Assembly: GCA_011390645.1 (NCBI GenBank)
Contig: JAABRY010000011.1
Span: 1 to 51,232 of the forward strand
Length of the DNA: 51,232 nt
Direction: 5' to 3'
From: Gemmatimonadota bacterium
GTDB lineage: Bacteria; Gemmatimonadota; Gemmatimonadetes; Gemmatimonadales; GWC2-71-9
The notes below the pieces were generated by a model, which saw nothing but the letters and a program-made list of their open reading frames with translations, did not search any database and was not told where the DNA came from. Both the position numbers and the translations under genes were made by a program. Numbering within the stretch: position 1 is the stretch's first letter; each line of letters starts with the position of its first letter. Shown here piece by piece: positions 9,008 to 19,093 of this stretch.

Positions 9008-10372
9008 TCAGGCGATGACCACCGACTTGATGTTCACGAAGGCACGAATGCCCTCCCCAGCGAGCTCGCGCCCGAAACCACTCTCGCGGATGCCGCCAAA
9101 CGGCAAGCGCGGATCCGAGCGCACGAAATCATTCACGGCGCATGCGCCGGCATGGAGTTCATCGCGGGCGATACGACGCCCCCGTTCGACATCACGTGTG
9201 AAGACCGCAGCGCCGAGGCCGAAGACGCTCGCGTTCGCCGCCCGGATTGCTGCACGCTCGTCACGGACCGGAATGATCGCCGCGACCGGGCCGAAGAGTT
9301 CCTCGCGCCAGGCCGGCATGCCGCGCCGCACGTCAGTGAGCACCGTTGGGGGATAGAACGCCCCAGGGCCGTCGGGGATCGTGCCGCCGAGCAGCAATCG
9401 GGCACCCTTCGCAATGCTGCGCTCGACCTGATCGTGCAGCTCCTCGCGCAGATCGTGACGCGCCATCGGACCGACATCGGTGTCCGCATCGCGAGGATCA
9501 CCCTGCCGCGCCGCTGCCATGCGGGCCACGAACCGTGACTCGAATGCCTCACGGATGGGCTCCACGACGATGAAGCGTTTGGCTGCGATGCAGCTCTGCC
9601 CGCCGTTCAGCAACCGCGACGTCACACAGGCCTCCACCGCCACGTCGAGGTCGGCATCCGCCAGAATCAGGTACGGGTCACTTCCCCCGAGCTCCAGCAC
9701 ACAGGGCTTCAGCCGCTCCCCCGCTGTCTTGCCAACTGCCCGGCCTGCGGCCGTGCTGCCCGTCAGGGTGACTCCCTGCACGAGCGGGGATCGGATCAGG
9801 CGTCGCGCTGCGGTGCCGTCGATCAGGAGTGCCTGAAAGAGACCCACCGGCAGTCCGGCCTCACGCCATGCCGCGTCGATCGCGAGGGCAGCATGCGGCA
9901 CGTTGCTGGCATGCTTGAGCAGCATCGCGTTGCCAGCCATCAGCGCCGGCGCGGCAGCACGGATGACCTGCCAGAATGGAAAATTCCACGGCATCACGGC
10001 CAGGATCGTCCCGAGCGGTCGGTGCGTGACGAACGCCTCATGCGCCTCGTGCGCGACATGCCGGTCTGCCAGGAAGGAAGCGCCGTGATCTGCATAGAAG
10101 TCACAGGTCGCTGCGCACTTCTCGATCTCGGCGCGACCCTGGCGCACCGGCTTGCCCATTTCGCGCGCCATGAGGCTGGCGTGTGCATCGGCATCACGGC
10201 GAAGCTCGCGGGCCATCGCGCGCAGGACGGCAGCGCGTTCCGCCATCGGCACGCGGCCCCACCCTGCCTGGGCACGGGTGGCTCGGCGCAACGCCTCGCG
10301 CACGGCGGGGGCGTCATGAGCAGCGGGGCCGGCGAAGGCGTCGCCGGTGGTCGGATCATGCAACATGTTCAT
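9008..10372 (-). CDS. NAD(P)-dependent aldehyde dehydrogenase, succinate-semialdehyde dehydrogenase-like
   Basis: MPWNFPFWQV, LKHASNVP, TLTGSTAAG, LELGGSDP, NGGQSCIAAKR, EELFGP, PFGGIRESGFGREL. Confidence 0.92.
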   Translation of the reverse strand: MNMLHDPTTGDAFAGPAAHDAPAVREALRRATRAQAGWGRVPMAERAAVLRAMARELRRDADAHASLMAREMGKPVRQGRAEIEKCAATCDFYADHGASFLADRHVAHEAHEAFVTHRPLGTILAVMPWNFPFWQVIRAAAPALMAGNAMLLKHASNVPHAALAIDAAWREAGLPVGLFQALLIDGTAARRLIRSPLVQGVTLTGSTAAGRAVGKTAGERLKPCVLELGGSDPYLILADADLDVAVEACVTSRLLNGGQSCIAAKRFIVVEPIREAFESRFVARMAAARQGDPRDADTDVGPMARHDLREELHDQVERSIAKGARLLLGGTIPDGPGAFYPPTVLTDVRRGMPAWREELFGPVAAIIPVRDERAAIRAANASVFGLGAAVFTRDVERGRRIARDELHAGACAVNDFVRSDPRLPFGGIRESGFGRELAGEGIRAFVNIKSVVIA

Positions 10373-10443
10373 CTTCTCTCCTCAGTCCAGCCTTGGGAAC
10401 CTAGGAGATCCGCGCGCGAACACAACCACGGGTCCAGAACGCG

Positions 10444-10480
10444 TGATGCCCCCGAGCGATCACATCGCTCGAGGGCATCA
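10444..10480 (-). terminator. 17-bp stem-loop downstream of pufC
   Basis: Minus strand TGATGCCCTCGAGCGAT-GTG-ATCGCTCGGGGGCATCA (one G-U); no U-tract, so terminator or 3' stabiliser. Confidence 0.6.
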
Positions 10481-10497
10481 TCCCTGCGACACAGACT

Positions 10498-11577
10498 TCA
10501 GGGGTTCAACGACACCTGGGTCGGCATCGAATCACCCTCGGTTGCCATCGGGACTTCCGCCGCCTGCGGCGCCGGATACATCCCGGGGTAGTCCTTCGCC
10601 ATCGGCTGCCCATAGAGCGGCTTGTAGACGCCCTGGTGGCAGGTGCTGCACTGCAGCTTGGCGCCGTCGCCCAGCGGACCGCGGGAGATGTTGGCATCCA
10701 CATGCCACGGCTTGAGCGTGCCCTCGCCGGTCAGGTGCCCCTTGGCGTGCTTCGCCTCAGGCCACACGTCCTGCAAGACCAGCATGTGGTTGATGTTCAG
10801 GTCACGCACCATCCGCGTGCCACGCAACGCCGTCAAGCGCTGCGCCGGACTCTGCTCCCAATCCGCGAAGGCGCGCGAGTTGTGGCAGTAGGTGCAGTTG
10901 ACCCCGAGCGCCGAACTCATCGAGATCATCAGGCCGTAGGTGTACTCGGTCTGGTTGACACTCGCGAGGTTGTTGCTCTCACTGCGCAGCGCCGCGTCGG
11001 TCTGGACGCGGACGTCCTCTCGATCCAGGTAATGGCGCAGTGACTGGTTCTCGTCGGTGTAGAACCAGGTCCCTTCCGGCACCTGATTCCCCCGGTGACA
11101 GGTGTAGCACGTGACACCCGTTTGGGCGACGTGACCGGTCCATTCCGAGTTCACCGCGTGCGTCATCTTCAGCATCTGCTTGGCGACCTTGTAGGTGTAC
11201 TTCTCATCACTCGCCATGTTGGCCGGGTTGTGACAGTACACGCAACCAGCCTCGGGGCCAGTCTTCGGGGCCACCCACTCGGTCATCGCTGCCATCGTTC
11301 GCACGAACTCGCCGTTCGAGAGGTGTCCGAGCACCTGGAGGTTCTGGTACTGGTCACCCGCGCGCGACGAATCGGTGGTAGAGCTGGGCGCAAGCGGATC
11401 GGGCACCTGATGATCTGCGGCGGTGCCGGCAAGCCGTTCGGGCGAGTAGACCTGTTGCATCCCGACACCGCGGAAGCCGTTCTGGGTGCTCTCTTGCGGC
11501 GGCAGTTCGCAACCGGCGAGTGACACGGCCGCCACGAGCGCGACGAGCGCGCCCGGGCGGAAGCGGTGCATGCTCAT
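10498..11577 (-). CDS. pufC: Reaction-centre-bound tetraheme cytochrome c subunit
   Basis: Lipobox SLAGC; four CxxCH (CVYCH, CYTCH, CTYCH, CSTCH); ATGA overlap with the pufM stop. Confidence 0.97.
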   Translation of the reverse strand: MSMHRFRPGALVALVAAVSLAGCELPPQESTQNGFRGVGMQQVYSPERLAGTAADHQVPDPLAPSSTTDSSRAGDQYQNLQVLGHLSNGEFVRTMAAMTEWVAPKTGPEAGCVYCHNPANMASDEKYTYKVAKQMLKMTHAVNSEWTGHVAQTGVTCYTCHRGNQVPEGTWFYTDENQSLRHYLDREDVRVQTDAALRSESNNLASVNQTEYTYGLMISMSSALGVNCTYCHNSRAFADWEQSPAQRLTALRGTRMVRDLNINHMLVLQDVWPEAKHAKGHLTGEGTLKPWHVDANISRGPLGDGAKLQCSTCHQGVYKPLYGQPMAKDYPGMYPAPQAAEVPMATEGDSMPTQVSLNP

Positions 11578-12605
11578 CGTGCACCTCCAGCCGGCAGGCC
11601 GGGGAAGGTATCAGGCGGCGCCATTTGCAACTGGCCCGAGCGTTCAGGAACCGTCGCCGGATCGGCGGCTTCCCACGCGGCCGGATACTGGGGCACGAGG
11701 CCGTGCTTCTGACCCCACAGATACCAGTTGTCCACGACCGTGCCGGTCAGCAGGATGCCGATGCCGCCGGTGAGCGTCGTCAGCACCGCAAACCACCACG
11801 CCCACCGGTGGATCGATTCCATCGTCGCATTGAAGCCCATCGTCCAGCGCCAGAACAGCGCCGAACGCTCCGCACCGGTTCCGCGATCGGTGATCTGCTC
11901 GATCTCGCGCTCCGCGCCGTACTTCGCCGTGGCGAGAATGGTCGCGCCGTGCATGGCGAAGAGCAGTGCCGACCCATAGAGGAAGGCGATGGAGAGCATG
12001 TGGAACGGGTTGTAGAACAGGTTCCCGTACCGGATGCTGAACGCCGCCGTCCAATCGAGGTGCGAGAAGATGCCGAACGGCACCGCCTCACCCCAGGCGC
12101 CCATCAGCAGCGGGCGAATGAAGCCCAGCACCAGGAAGAGCCAGATCGCCGAAGCGAATGCCCACGGCAGGTGATTGCCCATGCCATGCGCCCTGGCACG
12201 TCGGAAGAGGCGCACCCACCACAGCAGCACCGAGACGGTGAGGAAGAAGCCGGCGAGCAGCCACCATCCCCCCTCCGCCATCGGCGGAATGCTCAGGCCA
12301 TACCCCGGCGCCGGCGGATCGAGCGAGAGCCACGGCAGGAGCCGGACAAACTCGATCACGTTCCAGTTGACCTGCGCGAGGTAGTTGAAGCCGATGATGT
12401 TGAACGCGAGCGTACCGAAGATGAGGGAGGCTACCCCGGTCCAGCCGAGATAGATCGGTCCCACCTGCCAGTCACCGACCTTCCCGAGCCAATACGAAAT
12501 CTTGGGCGGGAATTGTCGCGTCCACGTGTCTTCCTTGATTGGCGGACCCCAATCCGGGGCGGTCCGCACCTGGACCTGGGTCCAGAGATTCTGATAGTCG
12601 GGCAT
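11574..12605 (-). CDS. pufM: Type II reaction centre M subunit
   Basis: [59 protein letters not shown]. Confidence 0.99.
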   Translation of the reverse strand: MPDYQNLWTQVQVRTAPDWGPPIKEDTWTRQFPPKISYWLGKVGDWQVGPIYLGWTGVASLIFGTLAFNIIGFNYLAQVNWNVIEFVRLLPWLSLDPPAPGYGLSIPPMAEGGWWLLAGFFLTVSVLLWWVRLFRRARAHGMGNHLPWAFASAIWLFLVLGFIRPLLMGAWGEAVPFGIFSHLDWTAAFSIRYGNLFYNPFHMLSIAFLYGSALLFAMHGATILATAKYGAEREIEQITDRGTGAERSALFWRWTMGFNATMESIHRWAWWFAVLTTLTGGIGILLTGTVVDNWYLWGQKHGLVPQYPAAWEAADPATVPERSGQLQMAPPDTFPGLPAGGAR

Positions 12606-12617
12606 GCCCGTCGTCTC

Positions 12618-13457
12618 CTAGGACCAGATCGGGAGGTTGAGCCACCAGCTCCACCACTCAGGCCAGCCCTTGGTCCAGAAGGGGCCGGAGATGAGGATGC
12701 AGAGGTCGCTGAAGATCACCGCCAGGAGGGCCAGCCAGAGGCCAAGACGGTGGATGCCAATCGCGCCGATCGAGTAGCCGAGGGTGTCGCGGAAGAATGC
12801 GTTCTCGTGCTCGCTCGTCTTGACCGGTTCGCCCTTCTTCGGATTCGTCACGGACAGAATCAGCGACCCGTGCATCGCCAGGGCGAGGCAGCAGGTGAAG
12901 AAGAAGGTGATGGCGATCATGTGCGCCGGATTGTAGTGGAAGTGCAGGTACTGGTAGCCCACGTTCGAGACCCAGTCGAGGTGCGACAGAATCCCGTAGG
13001 GGAACCCATGTCCCCACGCGCCGAGCAGCATCGGCCGCACGACCACGAGGGTCAGGTACGCCGACACGGCCACGCCATAGGCGAATGGCACGTGCAGCCC
13101 CATCCCGAGCTTCCGGGAGATCTCGACCTGGCGGAGCATCCATGAGAGGAAGGCACCGGTGGCACAGACGGTCACCACTTGCCAGAGACCACCTTCGGTC
13201 AGCGGGGCGAGACCGAGCCCATAGCTGAGGTCGGGGGGGGCAATACTGATCTGCCAGAGATTCCAACTCTGACCGTTCAGTCCCTCGCCAATGGCCGCAC
13301 CCCACACGAGGAGGAGCGTGCCGGCAAGGGCGAAGAAAAGGGTGGTCACGCCGAAGAAACCGACGTAGAACGGGCCGACCCAGAAATCGAACAGGTCGCC
13401 GCCGATCAGGGTTCCCCCGCGGACTCGATATTTGCGTTCAAAACTCAGCATCGCCAT
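12618..13457 (-). CDS. pufL: Type II reaction centre L subunit
   Basis: [56 protein letters not shown]. Confidence 0.99.
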   Translation of the reverse strand: MAMLSFERKYRVRGGTLIGGDLFDFWVGPFYVGFFGVTTLFFALAGTLLLVWGAAIGEGLNGQSWNLWQISIAPPDLSYGLGLAPLTEGGLWQVVTVCATGAFLSWMLRQVEISRKLGMGLHVPFAYGVAVSAYLTLVVVRPMLLGAWGHGFPYGILSHLDWVSNVGYQYLHFHYNPAHMIAITFFFTCCLALAMHGSLILSVTNPKKGEPVKTSEHENAFFRDTLGYSIGAIGIHRLGLWLALLAVIFSDLCILISGPFWTKGWPEWWSWWLNLPIWS

Positions 13458-13505
13458 AGGTGTCGTCTCCAGACGATCGGGCGGTCCGCCGGGGGCGGCT
13501 TTCGG

Positions 13506-13545
13506 GACGGGCCCCGGATCATTCGATCCGGAACCCGCGCCCGTC
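13506..13545 (-). promoter_or_regulatory. pufA-pufL intercistronic stem-loop
   Basis: GACGGGC...CCGGATC-ATTC-GATCCGG...GCCCGTC; same position as the hairpins that stabilise pufBA mRNA in purple bacteria. Confidence 0.65.
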
Positions 13546-13563
13546 AGGTGAACACGAACTGCG

Positions 13564-13743
13564 TCAGTTGCCCGGCAGCGGCGTCATCGCCGCGACGTTC
13601 TGGGCATTGCCGCCCTCACCCAGCCAGTTGTACTTCGGCGTGGAGAGGAGAATGAAGTGAATCATCGCGGCGAGGGCGAAGAGGAAAACCCCCTGCGCAA
13701 CCATCGCCTTCCGCGGATCCACGTAAAGCCACATGCGGTGCAT
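13564..13743 (-). CDS. pufA: Light-harvesting LH1 alpha polypeptide (59 aa; not in ORF track)
   Basis: Hand translation [59 protein letters not shown]; BChl-binding His with Trp at +11; AGGAG SD. Confidence 0.96.
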   Translation of the reverse strand: MHRMWLYVDPRKAMVAQGVFLFALAAMIHFILLSTPKYNWLGEGGNAQNVAAMTPLPGN

Positions 13744-13755
13744 ACAGGAGCTCCT

Positions 13756-13908
13756 TTAGAGCCAGGGTTTCCACGACCACGCCAACCAGTGAGCCACGAC
13801 CGCTACAACCATGAATACGGCGAAGCCGCGCATGTAGCCACCGTGGAATTCCCGCGCTTCCTCCTCCGTAAATCCGGTGGAGCCGCGGAGTGATCCGGGT
13901 TCTGCCAT
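13756..13908 (-). CDS. pufB: Light-harvesting beta polypeptide (50 aa; not in ORF track)
   Basis: Hand translation MAEPGSLRGSTGFTEEEAREFHGGYMRGFAVFMVVAVVAHWLAWSWKPWL*; EAxEFH and AHxxxWxWxPW motifs; GGAGGT SD. Confidence 0.96.
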   Translation of the reverse strand: MAEPGSLRGSTGFTEEEAREFHGGYMRGFAVFMVVAVVAHWLAWSWKPWL

Positions 13909-14015
13909 TATCGTCACCTCCCCTCAGTTTGGCCTTGAATTTTGCCGAGATGGCACCACCCCATGCGGGCCATCGTACTGCGTTCCGCCTTACCCGACGG
14001 ACAGGGTTCCTGCCA

Positions 14016-15461
14016 TCAGTTCCCCACGCTTGCCGGGATGCCGAGATCCTCGAGGGCCACCCGGTCACGTCCACCATCGCGTGCCGTCTGCTCCGCGCCC
14101 TCGCGCAACCGCTTCGCCGCCGAGATGCGCACCAGGAACGGCTGCGCTTCGACGAGTTCGTGCAGCAGCGCGGTGGCGTCGTCGTCCCATGGCATCGTCG
14201 CGGGGGCGTGGCGCACCGGCGTCGCGAGCGCGGCCTTGTCGAGCTCGGTGCCCAGCGGCAGGATGTGGAAGAGGGCATCGAACAGCGCGTTGCAGACCTC
14301 CTGCACGAGGTAGGTCGCGCCCGCATAGCCCATGAACGGCGTGCCGGTATGACGCCGGATGATCGCCCCCGGAAAGGACGCCGGCACATACTGGGCCTTC
14401 GAACCGATCTCCGCGAGGTACATCCGTTCATTGTAGCTGCCGAAACAGACCAGCGGCGGCGCCTTCTGCACGACCTCGCGAATCGCGGCGTTGTCGGTCT
14501 TCTTCCCCGGCAGGCGCGACACCGCGAAGGCACACGGCATGCCGAGTTCATCTTCAAGGAAGGCGCGCATCCCGCGCGTATAGGTCTCGTTCGCCACCAC
14601 GCCGAACGGCGCGCTCTGGAAGAAGTCCTGCGTCACGCTGCGCCAGAGATCCCAGATCGGCTTCAGCGTGACGTGCTTCTCGCGCGCGATGAACGGCTGC
14701 GGGTCCACGCCGGTGAGCTCGCCGAGCTTTTCCAGGAAGGCCGTCGTGCTGTGCATCCCGATCGGCGCCTGCAAGTATGGCTTGCCGAGGGTCTCGCACA
14801 GCTTGCGACCGAACTCGCGGTACATCACCACGTTCACGTCGGCCTCGCCCAGCTTGGCGATGTCATCGAGGTGGGTGCCGAGCGGGAAGACGAGATTCAC
14901 CTCGCACCCGATGCCCTCGATCAGTCGCCGCATCTCCGCCAGGTCGCTCGGCATGTTGAACGTGCCGTAGATCGGGCCGATGATGTTCACCAGCGGCTTG
15001 CTGCCCTCGGGGCGTGGCTTGGCCTTGCGGCGCGCGCGCTTGGCCCCGAACTCGGTCCAGAGCCAGTTGATCGCGCGATCGGCACTCTGCCACTGGTCTT
15101 CGTCGATGGTGCGCGGCAGGAAGCGCAGCAGCCCGGACCCCTCGGGCGTCACCCCGCCACCGATCATCTCGGCGATGCTGCCGGTGACCACGACCGCTGG
15201 CCGCATCGGATCCAGCGTGGCGTGCGAGCGGCGCATCGCGGCCTCGGTGCCGTCGCGCGCGAGTTCGTCTTCGGACAGGCCAGTCACCACGATGGGCAAC
15301 TCGTGTGGCGGCAAGGCATCGGTGTAGTGCAACACGGAGGTGACCGGGAGATTCTCGCAGCCGACCGGTCCGTCAATGACGACCTGCAACCCCTTCACCG
15401 CAGTGAAGGCGTACACGGCGCCCCAATAGCCGCCAGCGCGATCGTGGTCGAGGACGAGCAT
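14016..15461 (-). CDS. bchZ: Chlorophyllide a reductase subunit Z
   Basis: [60 protein letters not shown]. Confidence 0.98.
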   Translation of the reverse strand: MLVLDHDRAGGYWGAVYAFTAVKGLQVVIDGPVGCENLPVTSVLHYTDALPPHELPIVVTGLSEDELARDGTEAAMRRSHATLDPMRPAVVVTGSIAEMIGGGVTPEGSGLLRFLPRTIDEDQWQSADRAINWLWTEFGAKRARRKAKPRPEGSKPLVNIIGPIYGTFNMPSDLAEMRRLIEGIGCEVNLVFPLGTHLDDIAKLGEADVNVVMYREFGRKLCETLGKPYLQAPIGMHSTTAFLEKLGELTGVDPQPFIAREKHVTLKPIWDLWRSVTQDFFQSAPFGVVANETYTRGMRAFLEDELGMPCAFAVSRLPGKKTDNAAIREVVQKAPPLVCFGSYNERMYLAEIGSKAQYVPASFPGAIIRRHTGTPFMGYAGATYLVQEVCNALFDALFHILPLGTELDKAALATPVRHAPATMPWDDDATALLHELVEAQPFLVRISAAKRLREGAEQTARDGGRDRVALEDLGIPASVGN

Positions 15462-16991
15462 CTACTTCTCCCCGATGTCGGTCATGGTGCCATCATCCTT
15501 GGCTTTCTTTACCGCGGGCTTCCAACTGGTCACCGCGCGCTCGACCGGCACCTCCGTGTGGCCATAGCCGGCACCCGCGCCGGTGCCGACACCCGTGAAG
15601 AAGCTCCGCATCCGGTTGAGTCGCACCGCGCCACCGATCGCACCGTTGACCGTCGCCGCGAGTGAACCCGCACCAGGCGCGCCGAAGAGCGGTCGCGCCG
15701 AAATCAGATTGGTGAAGTAGACGCCGGGGGTCCCGCGCTCCTTCGCCGCCTGCACCACCGGCGTGGTGCCGATGGCGAGATCCGGCTCGAACGCGCGCAC
15801 CGCGGCGACGTCCTGCTCGAGGGACGCGCGATACTGCACCACCGTGCCTCGCGCTTCCAGCCACTCCTTGTCGGGCGCGCTCCACGGCGTGCGCGGGCAT
15901 GCGGTGCCGACGTACGGTACGTCGGCACCAGCCTCGATCAGGAGGCGCGCCACCAGGAGCTCGCTGCCTTCGTAGCCACTCACGGTGACGCGACCCGCAA
16001 TGCGATGCTTCGCGACGGTCGCTTCAATCGCCGGCAGTGCGGCCTGTTTGGCGGAGGCGATATCGGCCTCGGACACACCCGCCGCGCGACCAATGGCCTC
16101 GAGCCAGGCGGCGGTGCCCTCAACGCCGACGGGACCAGACGCGACAACCGTGCGACCGGCCGCTTCAAACTCCCGAACGGCCGCCGTATAGAACGGGTGC
16201 ACCGCAGCAACCACCGGCGACGCGAGCGCGGCATACTGCTCGCGCCACTCGCGACACGGTACGGTCGGACCAACCGCAAGACCCATCGGGGCGAGCAACG
16301 CACCGATCCCCATCGGATCGACCGGGAAGAGCTCTCCGAGGAGGGTGACGGTCGGGCGATCCGTGATGGCGTTCGTCGGACGCGCGACGGGGCCCTGCGC
16401 GGCTTCCTTCCGGGCGACCCGCAGCATCGCGCCAGCGAGGACATCCTTCGCCTCCGCGTGGGTCGGCACACCGAAGCCGGGTACGTCGATGCCGATGATG
16501 CGGACGCCCTCGATCTCGTCCGGGAGGAGATCCAACGGAACACCCGAGGCGGTCGGCACGCACAAGTTGGTGATGATCACCGCGTCGTACTTCTCGGGGT
16601 CGGCGAGGTCGAAGACGGCCTTGCGGATGTCCTCGAAGAGTTGTCCGGTCACCAGCGTTTCGGAGTTGAATGGGACGTAGCCCACCGTCCGGCGCGCGCC
16701 ATAGAAGTGCGAGGTGAACGTGAGACCGTACACACAGCACGCCGAGCCGGAGAGAATCGTCGCGGTGCGACGCATGCGCAGGCCGACGCGCAATGAGCCG
16801 AAGGCCGGACACATCGATTGCGGCTGGTCGTGCGGACCACGCGGATAGTCACGAGCCATCCCGTCGAGCAACTCACCCTTCCCTGCCGCACGCGCCGCGG
16901 CCTCGAGGGTCTCACGACCTCCATGGCACCCCGACGCCGCAGCGGAAGCGGCGGGCATCGAGTCGGCGAGCGGGAGCGGGCGAGTCGTCAT
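15462..16991 (-). CDS. bchY: Chlorophyllide a reductase subunit Y
   Basis: GPHDQPQSMCPAFGSLRVGLRM, SGSACCVYGLTFTSHFYGA, NLCVPTASGVPL; start set to ATG 16991. Confidence 0.98.
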   Translation of the reverse strand: MTTRPLPLADSMPAASAAASGCHGGRETLEAAARAAGKGELLDGMARDYPRGPHDQPQSMCPAFGSLRVGLRMRRTATILSGSACCVYGLTFTSHFYGARRTVGYVPFNSETLVTGQLFEDIRKAVFDLADPEKYDAVIITNLCVPTASGVPLDLLPDEIEGVRIIGIDVPGFGVPTHAEAKDVLAGAMLRVARKEAAQGPVARPTNAITDRPTVTLLGELFPVDPMGIGALLAPMGLAVGPTVPCREWREQYAALASPVVAAVHPFYTAAVREFEAAGRTVVASGPVGVEGTAAWLEAIGRAAGVSEADIASAKQAALPAIEATVAKHRIAGRVTVSGYEGSELLVARLLIEAGADVPYVGTACPRTPWSAPDKEWLEARGTVVQYRASLEQDVAAVRAFEPDLAIGTTPVVQAAKERGTPGVYFTNLISARPLFGAPGAGSLAATVNGAIGGAVRLNRMRSFFTGVGTGAGAGYGHTEVPVERAVTSWKPAVKKAKDDGTMTDIGEK

Positions 16992-16998
16992 GATCGTC

Positions 16999-18003
16999 TC
17001 AGACCGTATCGTAGATGACTTCGAGAGACGGCACTTCCACCAGTTCGCCGCCGCGCATGTCGGCCTGCGACGCCGGGCTGAGCACCACATCACGCCCGGT
17101 GGTCTCGCCGCTGAACAATGCCAGCAGGCCGTCGGACGTCAGGGGCGTCGGCCGCAACGGCGGCGCCTCGCCCACTGCGACACCGAGCTGCTCGAAAAGC
17201 GATGCCCACTGACCGCCAGGACGACCGACGATCTCGTAATTCGCGCTCTTCCGACGAATGTCATCGTTCTGCGGAATGGCAGCGAGCACCGGAATCCCGA
17301 CCGCATCAGCAAAAGCCTGCGCCTCGCCGGTGCCATCGTCCTTGTTGATCACCAGCCCCGCGACGCCGACGTTGCCGCCAAGCTTGCGGAAATACTCGAC
17401 CGCTGAGCAGACATTGTTGGCGACGTAGAGCGACTGCATGTCATTGGAGCCGACCACGATCACCTTCTGGCACATGTCACGCGCGATCGGCAGGCCGAAA
17501 CCGCCGCAGACCACGTCACCGAGGAAGTCGAGCAGGACGTAGTCGAAGCCCCACTCGTGGAACCCGAGCTTCTCCAGCAGTTCGAAGCCGTGGATGATGC
17601 CGCGCCCGCCACAGCCACGGCCAACCTCGGGCCCACCAAGCTCCATCGCGAAGACGCCATCCCGCTTGAAGCAGACATCGCCGATGGCCACTTCCTCGCC
17701 CGCTGCCTTCTTCCGCGACGAGGTCTCGATGATCGTCGGGCAGCTCTTGCCGCCGAACAGCAGCGAGGTCGTGTCGGATTTCGGGTCGCAACCGATGAGC
17801 AACACGCGCTTGCCCTGCTGCGCCATCATGTAGCTGAGGTTCGCCAGCGTGAAGCTCTTGCCGATGCCACCCTTGCCATAGATCGCGATGATCTGCGTCT
17901 CGCGCGTGGGTTCGCCGGTGTGCACCGGGACCTCGGGTTCGACTGCGGCTTCGGCGCGCAGGCGCTCGTCATAACTGGTGTCAGGCGTCGGGCCATCGAT
18001 CAT
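16999..18003 (-). CDS. bchX: Chlorophyllide a reductase iron protein subunit X
   Basis: IAIYGKGGIGKSFTLANLS, GCDPKSD, GGPEVGRGCGGRG, DFLGDVVCGGF; ATGA overlap with bchC. Confidence 0.98.
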   Translation of the reverse strand: MIDGPTPDTSYDERLRAEAAVEPEVPVHTGEPTRETQIIAIYGKGGIGKSFTLANLSYMMAQQGKRVLLIGCDPKSDTTSLLFGGKSCPTIIETSSRKKAAGEEVAIGDVCFKRDGVFAMELGGPEVGRGCGGRGIIHGFELLEKLGFHEWGFDYVLLDFLGDVVCGGFGLPIARDMCQKVIVVGSNDMQSLYVANNVCSAVEYFRKLGGNVGVAGLVINKDDGTGEAQAFADAVGIPVLAAIPQNDDIRRKSANYEIVGRPGGQWASLFEQLGVAVGEAPPLRPTPLTSDGLLALFSGETTGRDVVLSPASQADMRGGELVEVPSLEVIYDTV

Positions 18004-18959
18004 CGATGTGCTCTCCAATCCAGGATCATCTTGACGCAGGCGGGGTCCGTGAAGGCCGTGTCGTAGGCCGCAGCGGCCTCGGTCGCATCCACGGTGTGCG
18101 TGATCAGGTCATGTAGCGGAAGACGTCCGGTATTCGCGAGTTCTGCCACGGCCGCGAGATCGCTGGGCCGCCATTCCGCGGCCACCCGCAACCGGGCCTC
18201 GCGCAGGAACGCCGGCGGGAAGGCGAACGCGACCGGCTCGGAGTAGAAACCCGCCAGCACGATCTCGCCGCCGGGTGCCAGGCGCTCGACAAGTTGGTCC
18301 ACGATGCCGTCCGCCCCGCTCACGTCGTAGATCGCCCGATAGTCACGACGCGTGTCATCACTCGGGTGCATCACCGGGTAGCCGATCGCACCATCGTGCC
18401 GCTGCGGATTCGTCTCCCAGACGACTGGGGGGGGGAGGGTCGGATCCGCGGCGATCGCCAGGCGCGCCAGCAACCGGCCGAGCGCCCCGTGTCCGACGAT
18501 CAGGTCGGGGTGACCACCATGGCTGCCCCACGCGGCGTGCCATGCGGTTGCGGCGAGCGCGAAAAGCACGCCCTGTTCGCCCAACGCAGGCGCACAGCTG
18601 ATGGCGCGATCACCGGGCACGACCACGCGGCTTGCCGCGCCACCAAACAGTGCGCGGGTTTCACCATAACAACGCGCGCCCGCGAGGAAGACGCGATCGC
18701 CCACGGCATGCTGGGAGGTTTCACCGGCCCACTCCACCGTCCCGACCGTTTCATAGCCAGGCACCAGCGGATACCCGAGCCCGGGGAACGACGGCATCCG
18801 ACCCGACCAGAGCAACCGCTCGGTCCCAGCCGAGATCCCGGTCCAGTCGACACCCACCACGACATCGTTCGCACCCGGTTCGGGCGACAACGCGAGGCGT
18901 TGCAGCGAAAGCTGCTGTGGTTGTTCGAGCACTACCGCGAGAGCGTCCACGGTGGGCAT
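18000..18959 (-). CDS. bchC: 2-desacetyl-2-hydroxyethyl bacteriochlorophyllide a dehydrogenase
   Basis: WTGISAGTERLLWSGRMPSFPGLGYPLVPGYE, LIVGHGALGRLLARL, DDTRRDYRAIYD, CVKMILDWR; start ATG 18959 or GTG 18950. Confidence 0.97.
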   Translation of the reverse strand: MPTVDALAVVLEQPQQLSLQRLALSPEPGANDVVVGVDWTGISAGTERLLWSGRMPSFPGLGYPLVPGYETVGTVEWAGETSQHAVGDRVFLAGARCYGETRALFGGAASRVVVPGDRAISCAPALGEQGVLFALAATAWHAAWGSHGGHPDLIVGHGALGRLLARLAIAADPTLPPPVVWETNPQRHDGAIGYPVMHPSDDTRRDYRAIYDVSGADGIVDQLVERLAPGGEIVLAGFYSEPVAFAFPPAFLREARLRVAAEWRPSDLAAVAELANTGRLPLHDLITHTVDATEAAAAYDTAFTDPACVKMILDWRAHR

Positions 18960-19007
18960 CCGGCATCGGGGAATGGATTGTGAGCCACCCAGGTTGGGGC
19001 GGTCATC

Positions 19008-19051
19008 TGTAAACTGCACGCGACAGTCGCTTGTGTCAAGAGAAACGGACA
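19008..19051 (-). promoter_or_regulatory. Tandem PpsR/CrtJ operators overlapping the bchC promoter
   Basis: TGT-AAACTGCACGCG-ACA (19008-19025) and TGT-CAAGAGAAACGG-ACA (19034-19051), 8 nt apart; TTGACA -35 on the minus strand at 19039-19034. Confidence 0.88.
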
Positions 19052-19093
19052 CCTGACGGCGTGACTGATCCTCCGATGGAGATCAGCCGTCGA

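Noticed and set aside
14016-18003. Nitrogenase (nifHDK) or dark protochlorophyllide reductase (bchLNB)
   Set aside because: Signature sequences and the position between bchC and puf identify chlorophyllide reductase bchXYZ
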